A stretch of DNA of 64,000 bases, from assembly GCA_032718475.1 (NCBI GenBank), contig JAUCBJ010005734.1, forward strand, positions 1-64,000, in the 5' to 3' direction. Position 1 is the stretch's first letter. The number at the start of each line of letters is the position of its first letter. The notes below the pieces were generated by a model. That model ran no database searches. It was not told where the DNA came from and was given only the letters and a program-made list of their open reading frames with translations. Below are positions 49,828-61,823 of the stretch, piece after piece. The DNA is from Nemertoderma westbladi (Eukaryota; Animalia; Xenacoelomorpha). A program made the translations under genes and the position numbers.

Positions 49828-50542
49828 CTAAAACAACATATTATGTTGAGAATTTTCATAAGTGTTTTTCTTTTGCAACAGCAATACATCACAGGTTGTG
49901 TGTTGTATAAGGATATATATAAAATTAGTAACCCATATTAACTAAAACCCACAGTTCCTTAAAACCTAGCCAAGCTAGCATTTTTGGCTAATCACTTTTC
50001 AAACTTTTCTCCTGGTAATTATCGGGGATCCCTGTCCATATTTTTCTTTAGTGTATTTTAGTATAACTAGAACTCGTACGTTTGCCTGTTTACAATCGAC
50101 CTTCAATTCTGTATAAATTTATTTCTTCTGTCGCTATCGGGATGTTTGTTTATACTTTATTTCAGATGTACTTTCGTTTTGTTATATTTTGATGTCAAAA
50201 AATAAGTCAAATTCCGCTCTACTTGCATATGAATAGCTTTATTGTTGGACCGATAGAGAAACAGCTAGACTATATTCCACTAAACATAAAACTGACGTCG
50301 GAAATGAAATCACCGACCACGGAAACCCCACTAATGACAATTTTCTTTAAAATAACATTTTTTTAAATTGTGTGTGTGGTACTGTACATTTTACAGTGCT
50401 ATATATGTATAATAATAGTGTTTTATATATTAAGTAATATAATTTACTGGGGGTAAAGTAAGTCAATTTAATCTACCTACTTTCTTAAAATTACATGTCT
50501 TTTTTATTAATAATAAAAATTATAATATTATTAAATTTTTAC

Positions 50543-50624
50543 GTTTTTTTTCCTCCAAGGCACACATCTCCCTTTCCCTATCTTCTTTGCCTACTGCTTC
50601 TTTGCCTTCTTCCTCACATCCACA
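50543..50624 (-). CDS. Exon of host gene (linker)
   Basis: TTTTAG acceptor, GT donor, 82 nt (phase 0 to 1), joining the flanking exons in frame: CGCEEEGKEAVGKEDREREMCALEEKK. Confidence 0.55.
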
Positions 50625-51167
50625 CTAAAAATGAAAGGATCTCAATAAAATCTGTAATATAATATTATATTTTTTAGTGATATTTATACCTATGCCTATC
50701 ATTGTATTTTAATATTTTAATGTTAAATTATTTATTATTTAATGATATTAATGTTTTATTGCGGTAAAGAGAAGTGTCTTGAGGCACTTTGCCCTTTATA
50801 TTATTATTAATGTTTATATTATTTAGCATATTATATTTTTAAAAATAAAATTTCAAATTGGCACTTATCAGCCACAGTAACGTTGAAAGAAATAATTATC
50901 ACTGTGGAATAGTTTGTGTGTTTGATTTTTAAGTTTGTTTATAATTTTAGTTCATCCATTTACTTAGAGGAATTAAGGTAGTAGGCGCATACAAATATAA
51001 CTTTTATATTCTCATACAGTACATTCAACGGTTGCAGATAATGTAGGTGGTATATTACTGCGGATATCTACGAATGGGATGTTGCCCCATTACCTGCTAT
51101 AACGAAAGATTATTAATAAATCAGCTAAAATATAAATATCAAATTATTTATGAATGTAGTACATAGA

Positions 51168-51942
51168 GGATAGTTATAAAACCCGAAAATATCGACAAAG
51201 GCGAAATTATCAACGAAAATATCGAAATTATAAAACAATCTACAAAACCTGGCTTTCCAGTACGATCGGTATTATTAGAAGGCACACTTTACATTTTTTA
51301 ATTAATAAAATCAGATAATTTCGCTCATTTTCGCCCTTAAAAGTTATTTAATACCAAATACTTTCTGCTGGTTGGTTGTTGGGTGTTGACCAATGGCGGC
51401 TTGGATGAATCAATTCAGCATCAGCTGATCAGTGTTCTAGTGTATTACAAGCAAGGTACACCCTGAAGGGGTAAAGGAACCGCTCCGGTCAGCCGGTACC
51501 CTAACCCATCACATGCATACCCATTACGGCATACGGTGCCTCCGGGTTGCATGTGTGCAATGTACAGTGACTGCCAGGCAAGTGGCGCATGTGAACAGGC
51601 TGACTGGTGATCCTAACTACACAGAACTGCAGTGCAGCAGTCGCAATGCTGTAGGCCTACACTCTGACTGTGCTGTCCTAATTTGAGCGCCATCTTGTGG
51701 TGTTTTGCCATCATTGGATTACCCCTAAAAACCAATCAGCAGAAACAGTATGAGGTATTAAATTACTTTTAGGCTCGAAAATGGGGCGAAATTATCGGAT
51801 TTCATTAATTCAAAAATGTAAAGTGTGCCTTCTAATAATACCGATCTCACTGGAAAGTGAGATTTTATTTAAAGTTTTATAATTTCGACATTTTCGTTAA
51901 TAATTTCGTCTTTTTCGTTATTTTCGAGTTTTATAACTATCC
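51168..51942. mobile_element. Mutator-like (MULE) MITE with ~230-bp TIRs, intronic
   Basis: GGATAGTTATAAAAC... / ...GTTTTATAACTATCC; 9-bp TSD GTACATAGA at 51159-67 and 51943-51. Confidence 0.9.
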
Positions 51943-52275
51943 GTACATAGAAGTGTAGCTATGGAGCAACGGCAACGATTGGACGAATCATGGACTCTCA
52001 GACTTACAATTAAAAGATAGTTTTAAGATTCGAAATTGCCTTTTATAACGAAAATGATAAACAATGTTGTTACCAATTGGGGGGAAAGGAGCAGGTTACA
52101 CAGGTGTGCTTTTATAACCAATAAAATATGTAGTAGTACTTCGAATCCCAATGCCAATAAAAAATAGTCATGAATGAATTTTTTGTTATGTTTAAAGTTA
52201 TGAATTTTAGTTGATTTATGTTTAATTTAGTGAATTAATTTTAGTGATAAAAAAATTAATTGTGATAAAACTTAC

Positions 52276-52486
52276 TGGGGGTTTTGCATCAGAAGTGGCG
52301 CCATTAAGTGCATTTGTAGAATCATCACTAACAGATAAATAATCGTAAACATTATTTGCTATTAGATCAGCTGCAGCTACATCCTCCGCATACTCATCGT
52401 TTAACTGACAAGAATAGGTTTGTTTTCCATCTTTCATTAGAATGGTGTTGTCATTTCTGTAGTTAAGAGACTTGCACTTTTTATTG
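52276..52486 (-). CDS. Exon of host gene: second half of PAN/Apple domain
   Basis: CACAG acceptor, GTAAGT donor; (S)NKKCKSLNY...SCQLND...DLIANNVYDY. Confidence 0.8.
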
Positions 52487-53403
52487 CTGTGATAAAATAA
52501 ATTTTCATTTATTAATAATAGAAACTAGAATAAGTGTCCCCGAGAGCCAGAGTATTTTCCCCTGCACTATTACCCACGGGGGACAATAATTACCCCTTAT
52601 AAGCAATTGAACAGTTGAGGAAAATTTCCCCAACGATCTGAAGCAATTGCCGTGCAGAAACCCAAACGGAAGCATTATTAGCCATGTCAAGGCACTGATG
52701 TTACTTGTGAGAGAGAAATTCTTAATATAAAGAACATCTCAAGTTGATTACATCACCAGCCATAAGTAAGTTTAGGACAAAGGTGAATCAATTACAAATG
52801 CTGACATACAGCAACAGTCAAGATTTATTTACCTGAAAAACTGTAAATTAGGTATCTGTACAGAAATGTTGTGCCAAGGGCGCCTAAAAGCTGATAGTAT
52901 TGAAGAATGTGTTGGGAAATGGAAAGACTACTAACCTACAGTACATGGTCAGCCATCAAACATCGAGGTCAGCTATATGACAAGCTGCTACCCTGAGAAA
53001 TAGGGTAAAAAATACTGTATGAGACCAACTTAAAAGGGATACTGGGGACATGTGAGAAACGAAATTACGTTAAATATGGAGATTGGGAAATTCGAGGACT
53101 TCGTGTGGTGTTTTTGTGATATAAAGTTACACTATTATGCCAAAAAATATAGGAACTTAGGAAAACATAGGCCTATAGGTATACATATCTGATACAAAAA
53201 GCAAGCAAAGTCATGTCGCAATACTTGCTGGGGGTATCAAGTGGAATTGACTGGATATCACATTGCGATACTTGATGGTGACTGGATGTCTTCTCATAAT
53301 ACTTCCTAGTTGAGCCAATAAACATTAACATAAACATTAACCATTAAAAACAATTCAATGGTTTAATTTAATATGTATTTTTTTTATATATTTTAAAACT
53401 CAC

Positions 53404-53621
53404 CTGAGACACAAGGCACTGCACCGAATCCTCGAAACAGGCTTTGACACGTTCTTGATTACATGATTAATCAGCTGATGTTCTGCAGCATAGCCTTCGG
53501 TACCAGCACCAAAGGTTGTATCTCTGTAGCAAGTAATACTCTCTTTCCCCTGCAAACCATGAGTTTGTGCTGGCCAGTTCAGCACTAAGCCAAGTAGAAT
53601 CAAATGAAGATACCGAGTCAT
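53404..53621 (-). CDS. First coding exon of secreted PAN/Apple-domain protein
   Basis: ACCATG after a TTACAG acceptor; signal peptide MTRYLHLILLGLVLNWPAQTHG; RIRCSALCL; AG|GTGAGT donor, phase matches the next exon. Confidence 0.8.
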
Positions 53622-56530
53622 GGTCAACTGTAAATACAAATACCAACTATGGTTTTGGCTACAATTTGGAATGTGGTACCCAAGATGTTAAACGAACGAA
53701 TGAAGTGGTAGGCATTCACCAGCGGCAGCATAGTGTAAAGATGATAGAAAAAATAAAGTATTGAGGGTCTTTAGCTGGTTATATTATATTAGGTAAAGAT
53801 ACAATAGTAAACGTTTTCGACCTACCGGTCTGCATCAGACTGGCATGTACTGGCAACTAACAGGAAAAGGTGAGGGTTACCCAAGATGTTATTCTAGGGT
53901 GCACATTTTGTTATATTTTTATTTTTCAATATTTATTATTATTTACTACCAAACGTGGTTCTGCTTGAAACCATAGCGCTTTTACAAGTCTGAGTCTAAT
54001 TATATGTACGGTTTTTCTATTGTGATTGAGCAAGTTGTGGCATCATATCTATTATGAAATGAAAATTATAGGTGTATTTTACTAAGGAAGAATTATTTCA
54101 GAAAATTATGCACAGTTACTATACTATATAGACACTCGCATAAATTTTCGCTTCTGATACTAAAGGCTGCGAAGGAAAATACCTTTTTCTATTTATACTT
54201 CCTGTTGTTATATTTTTTCATATTTTAAGTTATTGCCTCTTACTGTTTATGTAATAGAATAGCTTATTACCATACCAGTATATTTCTACCAGTTTCATCG
54301 TCGTGTGCTAGTGCCCTACCATCGGAACAATAAACTACTTCACGCGTTTACCTGTTTCTAGGTTCCAACCTCCCTCAATGGAATCCACCATCCGACAACA
54401 GCGGGTCACTAGGAACAGTAGACCACGGGAATAACAACCAATCAGTCAACTACTAGCCGTCCAGGATAAGATCCTACCCTTACAGTTTAATGAGCCATTT
54501 AAACTATCCAGAACTAATACTAATACAGTATTATTGTTATAAGAACAGAGTGATTTTACAGTACTCTTCATCGTGTTTAAGTAACGCAAAATCGTTATTG
54601 ATTAATAGCCACAAGGCTATTATTACCCAATAGCCTACTGTATGATTGCGCATAATCCTCCATACACATTATTTTACGAAGATATTTAAGAGGTAAAACG
54701 TTCCATAGAAATAGTTATTATACAGAAAACAATAAGCAGATGGCCAAATTATTCTGGTAAAAAATCAATAATGATATGGGCCTACTTTATTATTCATTAC
54801 CTTTTCTGGGCTGTCAATCATACATTTTCAACCCAATATTCAGGTTAACAAGTTAACAGTTACGCAGTTAAACATTCCATAGAAAATAAAATAAGCAGTT
54901 TAACACAATGAGAAGGTGGTTTTATATAGGTAAATAATTAATGTTGTTACCAACCAATCCCGGAAAAAATAACATAATCGCAATAATAACCTATCTAAAA
55001 ATAGTGTTATTTTAGTCCTAGGAAAAAATAACACATTTATTTTTCAACACTCCTGTATCTGCAATCTGCATGTTGAAATTATATTTATGCCTGTTTGCCG
55101 TGTTGTGAATACAGTAGTTAGCTTACTTACGGTACCGGTACCTTTACTAACATGAGTGAAAGTGAAAGTTGTAAGAATAAGACTAGCGTAGGCCTATGGT
55201 ATGTTTTCAGTTCAGAGTGTAGGTAGACTGACTGAATGCATCGTACAGTACAGGTAGCGGTACCACAGCTTCCTTTAAGGTCTTAATCACATCACTGCCT
55301 TACAACTGCAGAACCTACCTGACCGGTAGGCCTACAGAACAGAGCATTGGGGAATAATTTAATGTACCAGTACTAGCAAACTAAACGGGAAATGCAGTAC
55401 TGGTAGGCCTACACTACAAGTTCAGATTGCACACTCAACTCAGCCTACTCTACTCAAAGATCTTTTACTTTCGGTATTTGACAATTATGGACAGCAGCAT
55501 CCTGATCATGGCAGGAATGCCATTCTCAACAGTTTCTACGATTCTACCGTAAAGACGGACGTACCAGACAGACAGACTTGTACCTACCAGTTGTAAATAA
55601 CGTAGGTTTACATACTGCACATGCACAATGCTGTAGAACTACGGTACCGGTACAACGATAATAAAATTTAAGAAATTACACCAAAAATATTATATTTTAC
55701 TTTTTCGTCAGGAAAAAAAGTTAAATGTTTTCTCCAGCTTTTGGTCTAAATTCGGGCGAAAAAGTAACAATTTAAGAATAAATAATTATTTATGGGAAAA
55801 AAATTAGAACTTTTTTTCATTATTCTCGAGGCATTTTATTTACCGAGCTTCAGCGAGGTTAATAAAGGGTTGATAGAATATTGAGAATCAAAATGTTCTA
55901 CTTTTTTCTCGTATACTGTAATACGTAGGTTTATTCTTAAGTTAAATTGGTACATCGTATACAGTATGGTAAGCCTACAGTACATTGGATAACGTACAGC
56001 GATATAGAGTTACAAAATAAATTCAGCTGTAGTATTTTACTATATTTGCTTCCATAGTTACTGCGATTAAAATTCTTGTACTCTGGGTTTAACTCATGAT
56101 TCTGATTACTCAACGTTAAATAATTCAATGTTCTCGAATATTTATTACGTAACTAGAGAGCCGATTAACAACATAAACCAATATTGGATATTGAGTTCCG
56201 TTTTGGAGTACGCCTTGTAAATACTAAAGTTACAATAACTTTTGAGTGCGTGCATAGATTTAGCACAAATTACTTGCAAACCTTTTCTACGTCGATGCTC
56301 TTGCAACACAATTAATGAAAGTTAAAAAATGACACCAAAAATATTTTATTTTCCTATTTTCGCCGGGAAAAAAGTAAAATTAATGCAATCGTATGGTTAC
56401 TATTTTCCTATGGAAAAAGTACCTCCTTTTCCCGATTTTTGGGTATACAGTATTCGATCGAAAGAGTACGTGTACGCTAACAATTTAAGAGTAATATTAC
56501 ATACAGTAAGTTGTGAAATCGGTATTACTA

Positions 56531-56820
56531 CCCTGCAAACATGGTACGTTAAATTTACGTTAATATACTGTAGGTGTGGATTAAGTTGGAAAATCACATG
56601 AATAAATAACATATTGTTCAACGTTTGATTAACGTTCCACTATGCTAGAAAAATTACATGTTTAAAATAAACCAATCATAGTCGTTAATTCAGCGTAAAA
56701 TTCGAACGTTAATTTTCATTGATCTCTAAATGTGTGATGACGTTTGATAGCAACGTTAATTCCGAGTTTAATTATAAACGTTAATTTTCAACTTTATTTT
56801 TAAGTGAAATAACGTTCACC
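56531..56820 (+). mobile_element. Probable EnSpm/CACTA-type left end
   Basis: CCCTGCAAACA terminus followed by many (A)ACGTT subterminal motifs; other end not found. Confidence 0.4.
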
Positions 56821-57210
56821 TTGTAGTTCTACAATGTGCCAGGCAAACGCCATGATACATTCCCATGTGGATGGATATTACAGTAGACACACTGCCCAAC
56901 AACACAATACCTGCCTGCCTATGGTGTTATAATATATTGCTTCTGATTGGTTACTTACACTATATTTGTCAGTATTATTCTGACTCACACTGCCATCTCA
57001 TTGTGTATTATTATATTATAGGATTTGAGTAAAGTTGCATATTACAGTATAATGTTTACTGTATTCACACTATTATTATATTATTCACATTATTTGTAAA
57101 TGCATCTACTTACCTAAAGAACATATATGCATGCAATACAAGTAGGTACTGAACTGTGATGGATATTATTGCATTAACAGTTTTATTGTTTTTTTTATTT
57201 CCTTAAATTC

Positions 57211-57514
57211 GCCCATGTGAAGAATACCAGGATTTCACTTTTCGGTCGACTTTTTATTGGAATTTTATATATGAAGATTTTTTTTAATTTTTTTTTTTAA
57301 ATTTTTTTTTGATTTTTAATTTATCTTTATTAAGTGTTTTATAGCTCTTATTTCTGCATTATAACCTGTACATATACTAATTCGTTTATTGTTTTGGTTA
57401 GATTCAGCCTTTCTGTAACCTGTGGTTTTGGTGAAAACCTGGTATTCTTCACATGGGGGGTAACTGCAAAGTGAAATATAACGATAGAAAGTCTGGTATT
57501 CTTCACATGGGCCC
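57211..57514. mobile_element. Small foldback MITE (PIF/Harbinger-like)
   Basis: GCCCATGTGAAGAATACCAG inverted against CTGGTATTCTTCACATGGG (twice, ~57439 and ~57493); right end GGGCCC-TTA. Confidence 0.55.
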
Positions 57515-57625
57515 TTAAATTTTTGTAATACATTAATTAAATTGCTGTCTGATTGGTAAACCTGAGCTAACTGTAATATTTCGATATTCTGTTTATATAC
57601 GATATTCTGTTTATATTCTGTACAT

Positions 57626-58187
57626 ATGGCTTATTGTGTTGTCATCTTCACGGGCCCGGGTGGCGTTGAGGAAGTTGCAACAATATGTAGTGGATGGTTG
57701 TCGGCCGATGGACTTACATCACCATATCCCATAAACACTAAACTTGCATCCAAGGCGCTGAGGGAGTCGTTACGTGCTGGTGACACTGCAGTTGGGCAAT
57801 GGGTATCTTGGCCTTGCACATTTATTCGAAACTCATGCAAAGGTATTTTAACGGTAGTATTCTGATAATTAGATAGGATCATCGTATATGAATATCTAAC
57901 AATCTAATAATTATTAATTCAAATAATAATTATATTACAGTACTGTAGACTAAATTTCAATGTTAATAATATTTTTCAGATGATCTATTGACAGCTAAGG
58001 CAATAGAGAGGCGCGTTGTCTGTGAGGGTTCGGACATTGCAAGTGCTAGCGATCAAGATGGGTATTCCATTGGTATCGCAACATGATTCAGAGGAAAGAA
58101 ACGGGTTGCGGTTGGAAATGAGAGTGATACTATGGATGAAGAAACAGCTGGAGTTCGACAGGACATTCAGTGCACTAGCAGCAGCAG
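57626..58187 (+). pseudogene. Spliced gene fragment resembling the N-terminus of DUF4806-type transposon accessory proteins
   Basis: Exons 57626-57842 and 57980-58187 (GT/AG, phase 1): YCVVIF..EVATICSGWL..YP..W...DLLTAKAIER..SDI; stop at 58084. Confidence 0.45.
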
Positions 58188-59152
58188 GTAAAATTTATAT
58201 CTTATTATTGTTCTCATTACCAATAATTAGTACAGTACATTCGAATTATTATGTAATAACTATTTACATACTTCTGTGTAAAGTAGCACTTTACAGTGTG
58301 ATGATCCGAGTGGCTTTGTTACACGAACGAACGTTAGTGAGTGAGTGAAAACAAAGCCACGAGGATCAGAACTTCGCAACGGATCAGTAAAGTACTTCGC
58401 AACAAGTATGTACTGTATATGTAGTTTTATGGAGTATATATGTACAGTACAGGCCACCAGAAAACGCAGATTTGTACAATTGTGAACACATTATATCAAA
58501 TGTGTACCAGTGTAATGTAATGTTGTTGAACGGGACAATTGAACATAATTGAACATACGGTAATTGAATTGGCAACAACCAAAATTTTTTCTCCAAAGGA
58601 TACAATTGAATACTTTTGAAACGCTTAGTAATCTGGAAACTCTCTGTAGTTTGCCGCCAACTGTCACTCACTGCAGCTGGAAATGCGATAAGGATTTTGT
58701 TTACCTTTATAGTGTGCGGTTACTAGTGTCTAGTAGGCAGGCCTATAGTTAGTGATGTTAAGGCATCTTCTGGTGTTTCTCTGTGCCCTCTCGGTGTCAG
58801 ACTAATGGCGCGACATCTCCCTGCACTAAATTAATTATTCAATGGTCTAGGCTCCTCCATCCATATACCCATCCACTCCATGAACCTCCATGTGGTCTTG
58901 TATGTAGTTATCTCTCTACCAATACAGCCCATGTCTACAATGTTACACCCTGGGGGCTCTCTCATCTACCTGATATCAGACATACAGGCGCACCGCACAC
59001 AAAGCCTTTGTCGGTCCCAGCAAGTTAGCCTCCTGCTGTGTGATCTAGAAGATAACTCGCCATAACCTGCTAATCAGATGAGTTGAACAAATGTGTTCAC
59101 ATGTGATCACATTGGATGAAATCTGCTTTTTCTGGTGGCCTGTACTGTAGTA

Positions 59153-59548
59153 TGGCTGGATGGCACATTCACAAGAATGATACGCCGGGTTCATTGTGTC
59201 AAGTACAATGCACACATCTCCAACCAGACACTATATAACATTGGAGGTGTCTCATTGGTTCCCCCAAGCTTGACACTAGAACAAAATCGCCTCCGCTTTG
59301 CAGGACATTGCTTTCGCCGTGAGGAACAGCCAGTGCATAATCTTGTACTTTGGCAGCCTCATGGAGTGAATAAGCATGGTGGACAGCCCATGACTTTCTT
59401 GAGACTCATCTTAAAGGACACTGGCCTTGAAGATGCGAATGATCTAGCAAATGTCATGGGTGATAGGGAGTTGTGGCGGCGCAATTTTGTCGACAAGCCG
59501 GCACAGCATTCTTAAAAATGCAGCATGCCGATACTAGTAGTAGTAGTA
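59153..59548 (+). mobile_element. 5'-truncated RTE-clade LINE
   Basis: LDGTFTRMIRR...SNQTLY...RLRFAGHCFR...VLWQP..G.P..F..DTG...DRELWR; (TAG)n tail. Confidence 0.85.
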
Positions 59549-59778
59549 TGTAGTTTTATTCCCAAATTTTAACATTACGAAATTATTGTATATACATTAT
59601 AAGTGATAGAAACTGCACAAATTATATTAGTTGCTGTATAAAAAATTTTAAAAATGACATAAATTATGTTAGAATAAATATAATATATAATATAATAGAA
59701 TAAATAAGTTAGCTTATATTTATGGTGGCGTTTGGAGCCATGTTATAATAATACAGCTAGGCCCAACTGGGGGAGTAA

Positions 59779-61823
59779 TTATGGGGAATTTGGTTAGTAC
59801 TGTAGGCCGACATTATTGGGGATTTGGTTAGTACTGTAGGCCTACATTATGGAGGATTGGGTTAGTACTGTAGGCCTACATTATGGAGGATTTTGTTAGT
59901 ACTGTAGGCCTACATTATGGGGGATTTGGTTAGTACTGTAGGCCTACATTATGGGGGATTTGGTTAGTACTGTAGGCCTACATTATGGAGGATTGGGTTA
60001 GTACTGTAGGCCTACATTATGGGGAATTTGGTTAGTACTGTAGGCCTGCATTATGGGGGATTTGGTTAGTACTGTAGGCCTACATTATGGAGGATTGGGT
60101 TAGTACTGTAGGCCTACATTATGGAGGATTTGGTTAGTACTGTAGGCCTACATTATGGGGGATTTGGTTAGTACTGTAGGCCTACATTATGGAGGATTGG
60201 GTTAGTACTGTAGGCCTACATTATGGAGGATTGGGTTAGTACTGTAGGCCTACATTATGGAGGATTGGGTTAGTACTGTAGGCCTACATTATGGAGGATT
60301 TGGTTAGTACTGTAGGCCTACATTATGGGGGATTTGGTTAGTACTGTAGGCCTACATTATGGGGGATTTGGTTAGTACTGTAGGCCTACATTATGGAGGA
60401 TTGGGTTAGTACTGTAGGCCTACATTATGGGGAATTTGGTTAGTACTGTAGGCCTACATTATGGGGGATTTGGTTAATACTGTAGGCCTACATTATGGGG
60501 GATTTGGTTAGTACTGTAGGCCTACATTATGGGGGATTTGGTTAGTACTGTAGGCCTACATTATGGGGGATTTGGTTAGTACTGTAGGCCTACATTATGG
60601 AGGATTGGGTTAGTACTGTAGGCCTACATTATGGAGGATTTTGTTAGTACTGTAGGCCTACATTATGGGGGATTTGGTTAGTACTGTAGGCCTACATTAT
60701 GGGGGATTTGGTTAGTACTGTAGGCCTACATTATGGATGATTGGGTTAGTACTGTAGGCCTACATTATGGGGAATTTGGTTAGTACTGTAGGCCTACATT
60801 ATGGAGGATTTGGTTAGTACTGTAGGCCTACATTATGGGGGATTTGGTTAGTACTCTAGGCCTACATTATGGGGGATTTGGTTAGTACTGTAGGCCTACA
60901 TTATGGAGGATTGGGTTAGTACTGTAGGCCTACATTATGGAGGATTGGGTTAGTACTGTAGGCCTACATTATGGAGGATTGGGTTAGTACTGTAGGCCTA
61001 CATTATGGAGGATTTGGTTAGTACTGTAGGCCTACATTATGGGGGATTTGGTTAGTACTGTAGGCCTACATTATGGGGGATTTGGTTAGTACTGTAGGCC
61101 TACATTATGGAGGATTGGGTTAGTACTGTAGGCCTACATTATGGGGAATTTGGTTAGTACTGTAGGCCTACATTATGGGGGATTTGGTTAATACTGTAGG
61201 CCTACATTATGGGGGATTTGGTTAGTACTGTAGGCCTACATTATGGGGGATTTGGTTAGTACTGTAGGCCTACATTATGGGTGATTTGGTTAGTACTGTA
61301 GGCCTACATTATGGGGGATTTGGTTAGTATTGTAGGCCTACATTATGGGGGATTTAGTTAATACTGTAGGCCTACATTATGGGGGATTTGGTTAGTACTG
61401 TAGGCCTACATTATGGAGGATTGGGTTAGTACTGTAGGCCTACATTATGGAGGATTGGGTTAGTACTGTAGGCCTACATCATGGGGATTTGGTTAGTACT
61501 GTAGGCCTACATCATGGAGGATTGGGTTAGTACTGTAGGCCTACATTATAGAGGATTGGGTTAGTACTGTAGGCCTACATTATGGGGGATTGGGTTAGTA
61601 CTGTAGGTCTACATTATGGGGGATTTGGATAGTACTGTAGGCCTACATCATGGGGGATTTGGTTAGTACAGTAGGCCTACATCATGGAGGATTGGGTTAG
61701 TACTGTAGGCCTACATTATGGAGGATTGTGTTAGTACTGTAGGCCTACATTATGGGGGATTGGGTTAGTACTGTAGGCCTACATTATGGGGGATTGGGTT
61801 AGTACTGTAGGTCTACATTATGG
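59779..61823 (+). repeat. 34-bp minisatellite (~60 copies)
   Basis: GTTAGTACTGTAGGCCTACATTATGG(G/A)GGATT(T/G)G. Confidence 0.97.

Noticed and set aside
58760-59140. Possible inverted, degenerate LINE 3' fragment
   Set aside because: Only faint motif similarity across frameshifts; cannot support.
59779-61823. Palindrome-containing 34-bp array resembling CRISPR
   Set aside because: Units are contiguous with no unique spacers, no cas genes, eukaryotic context.
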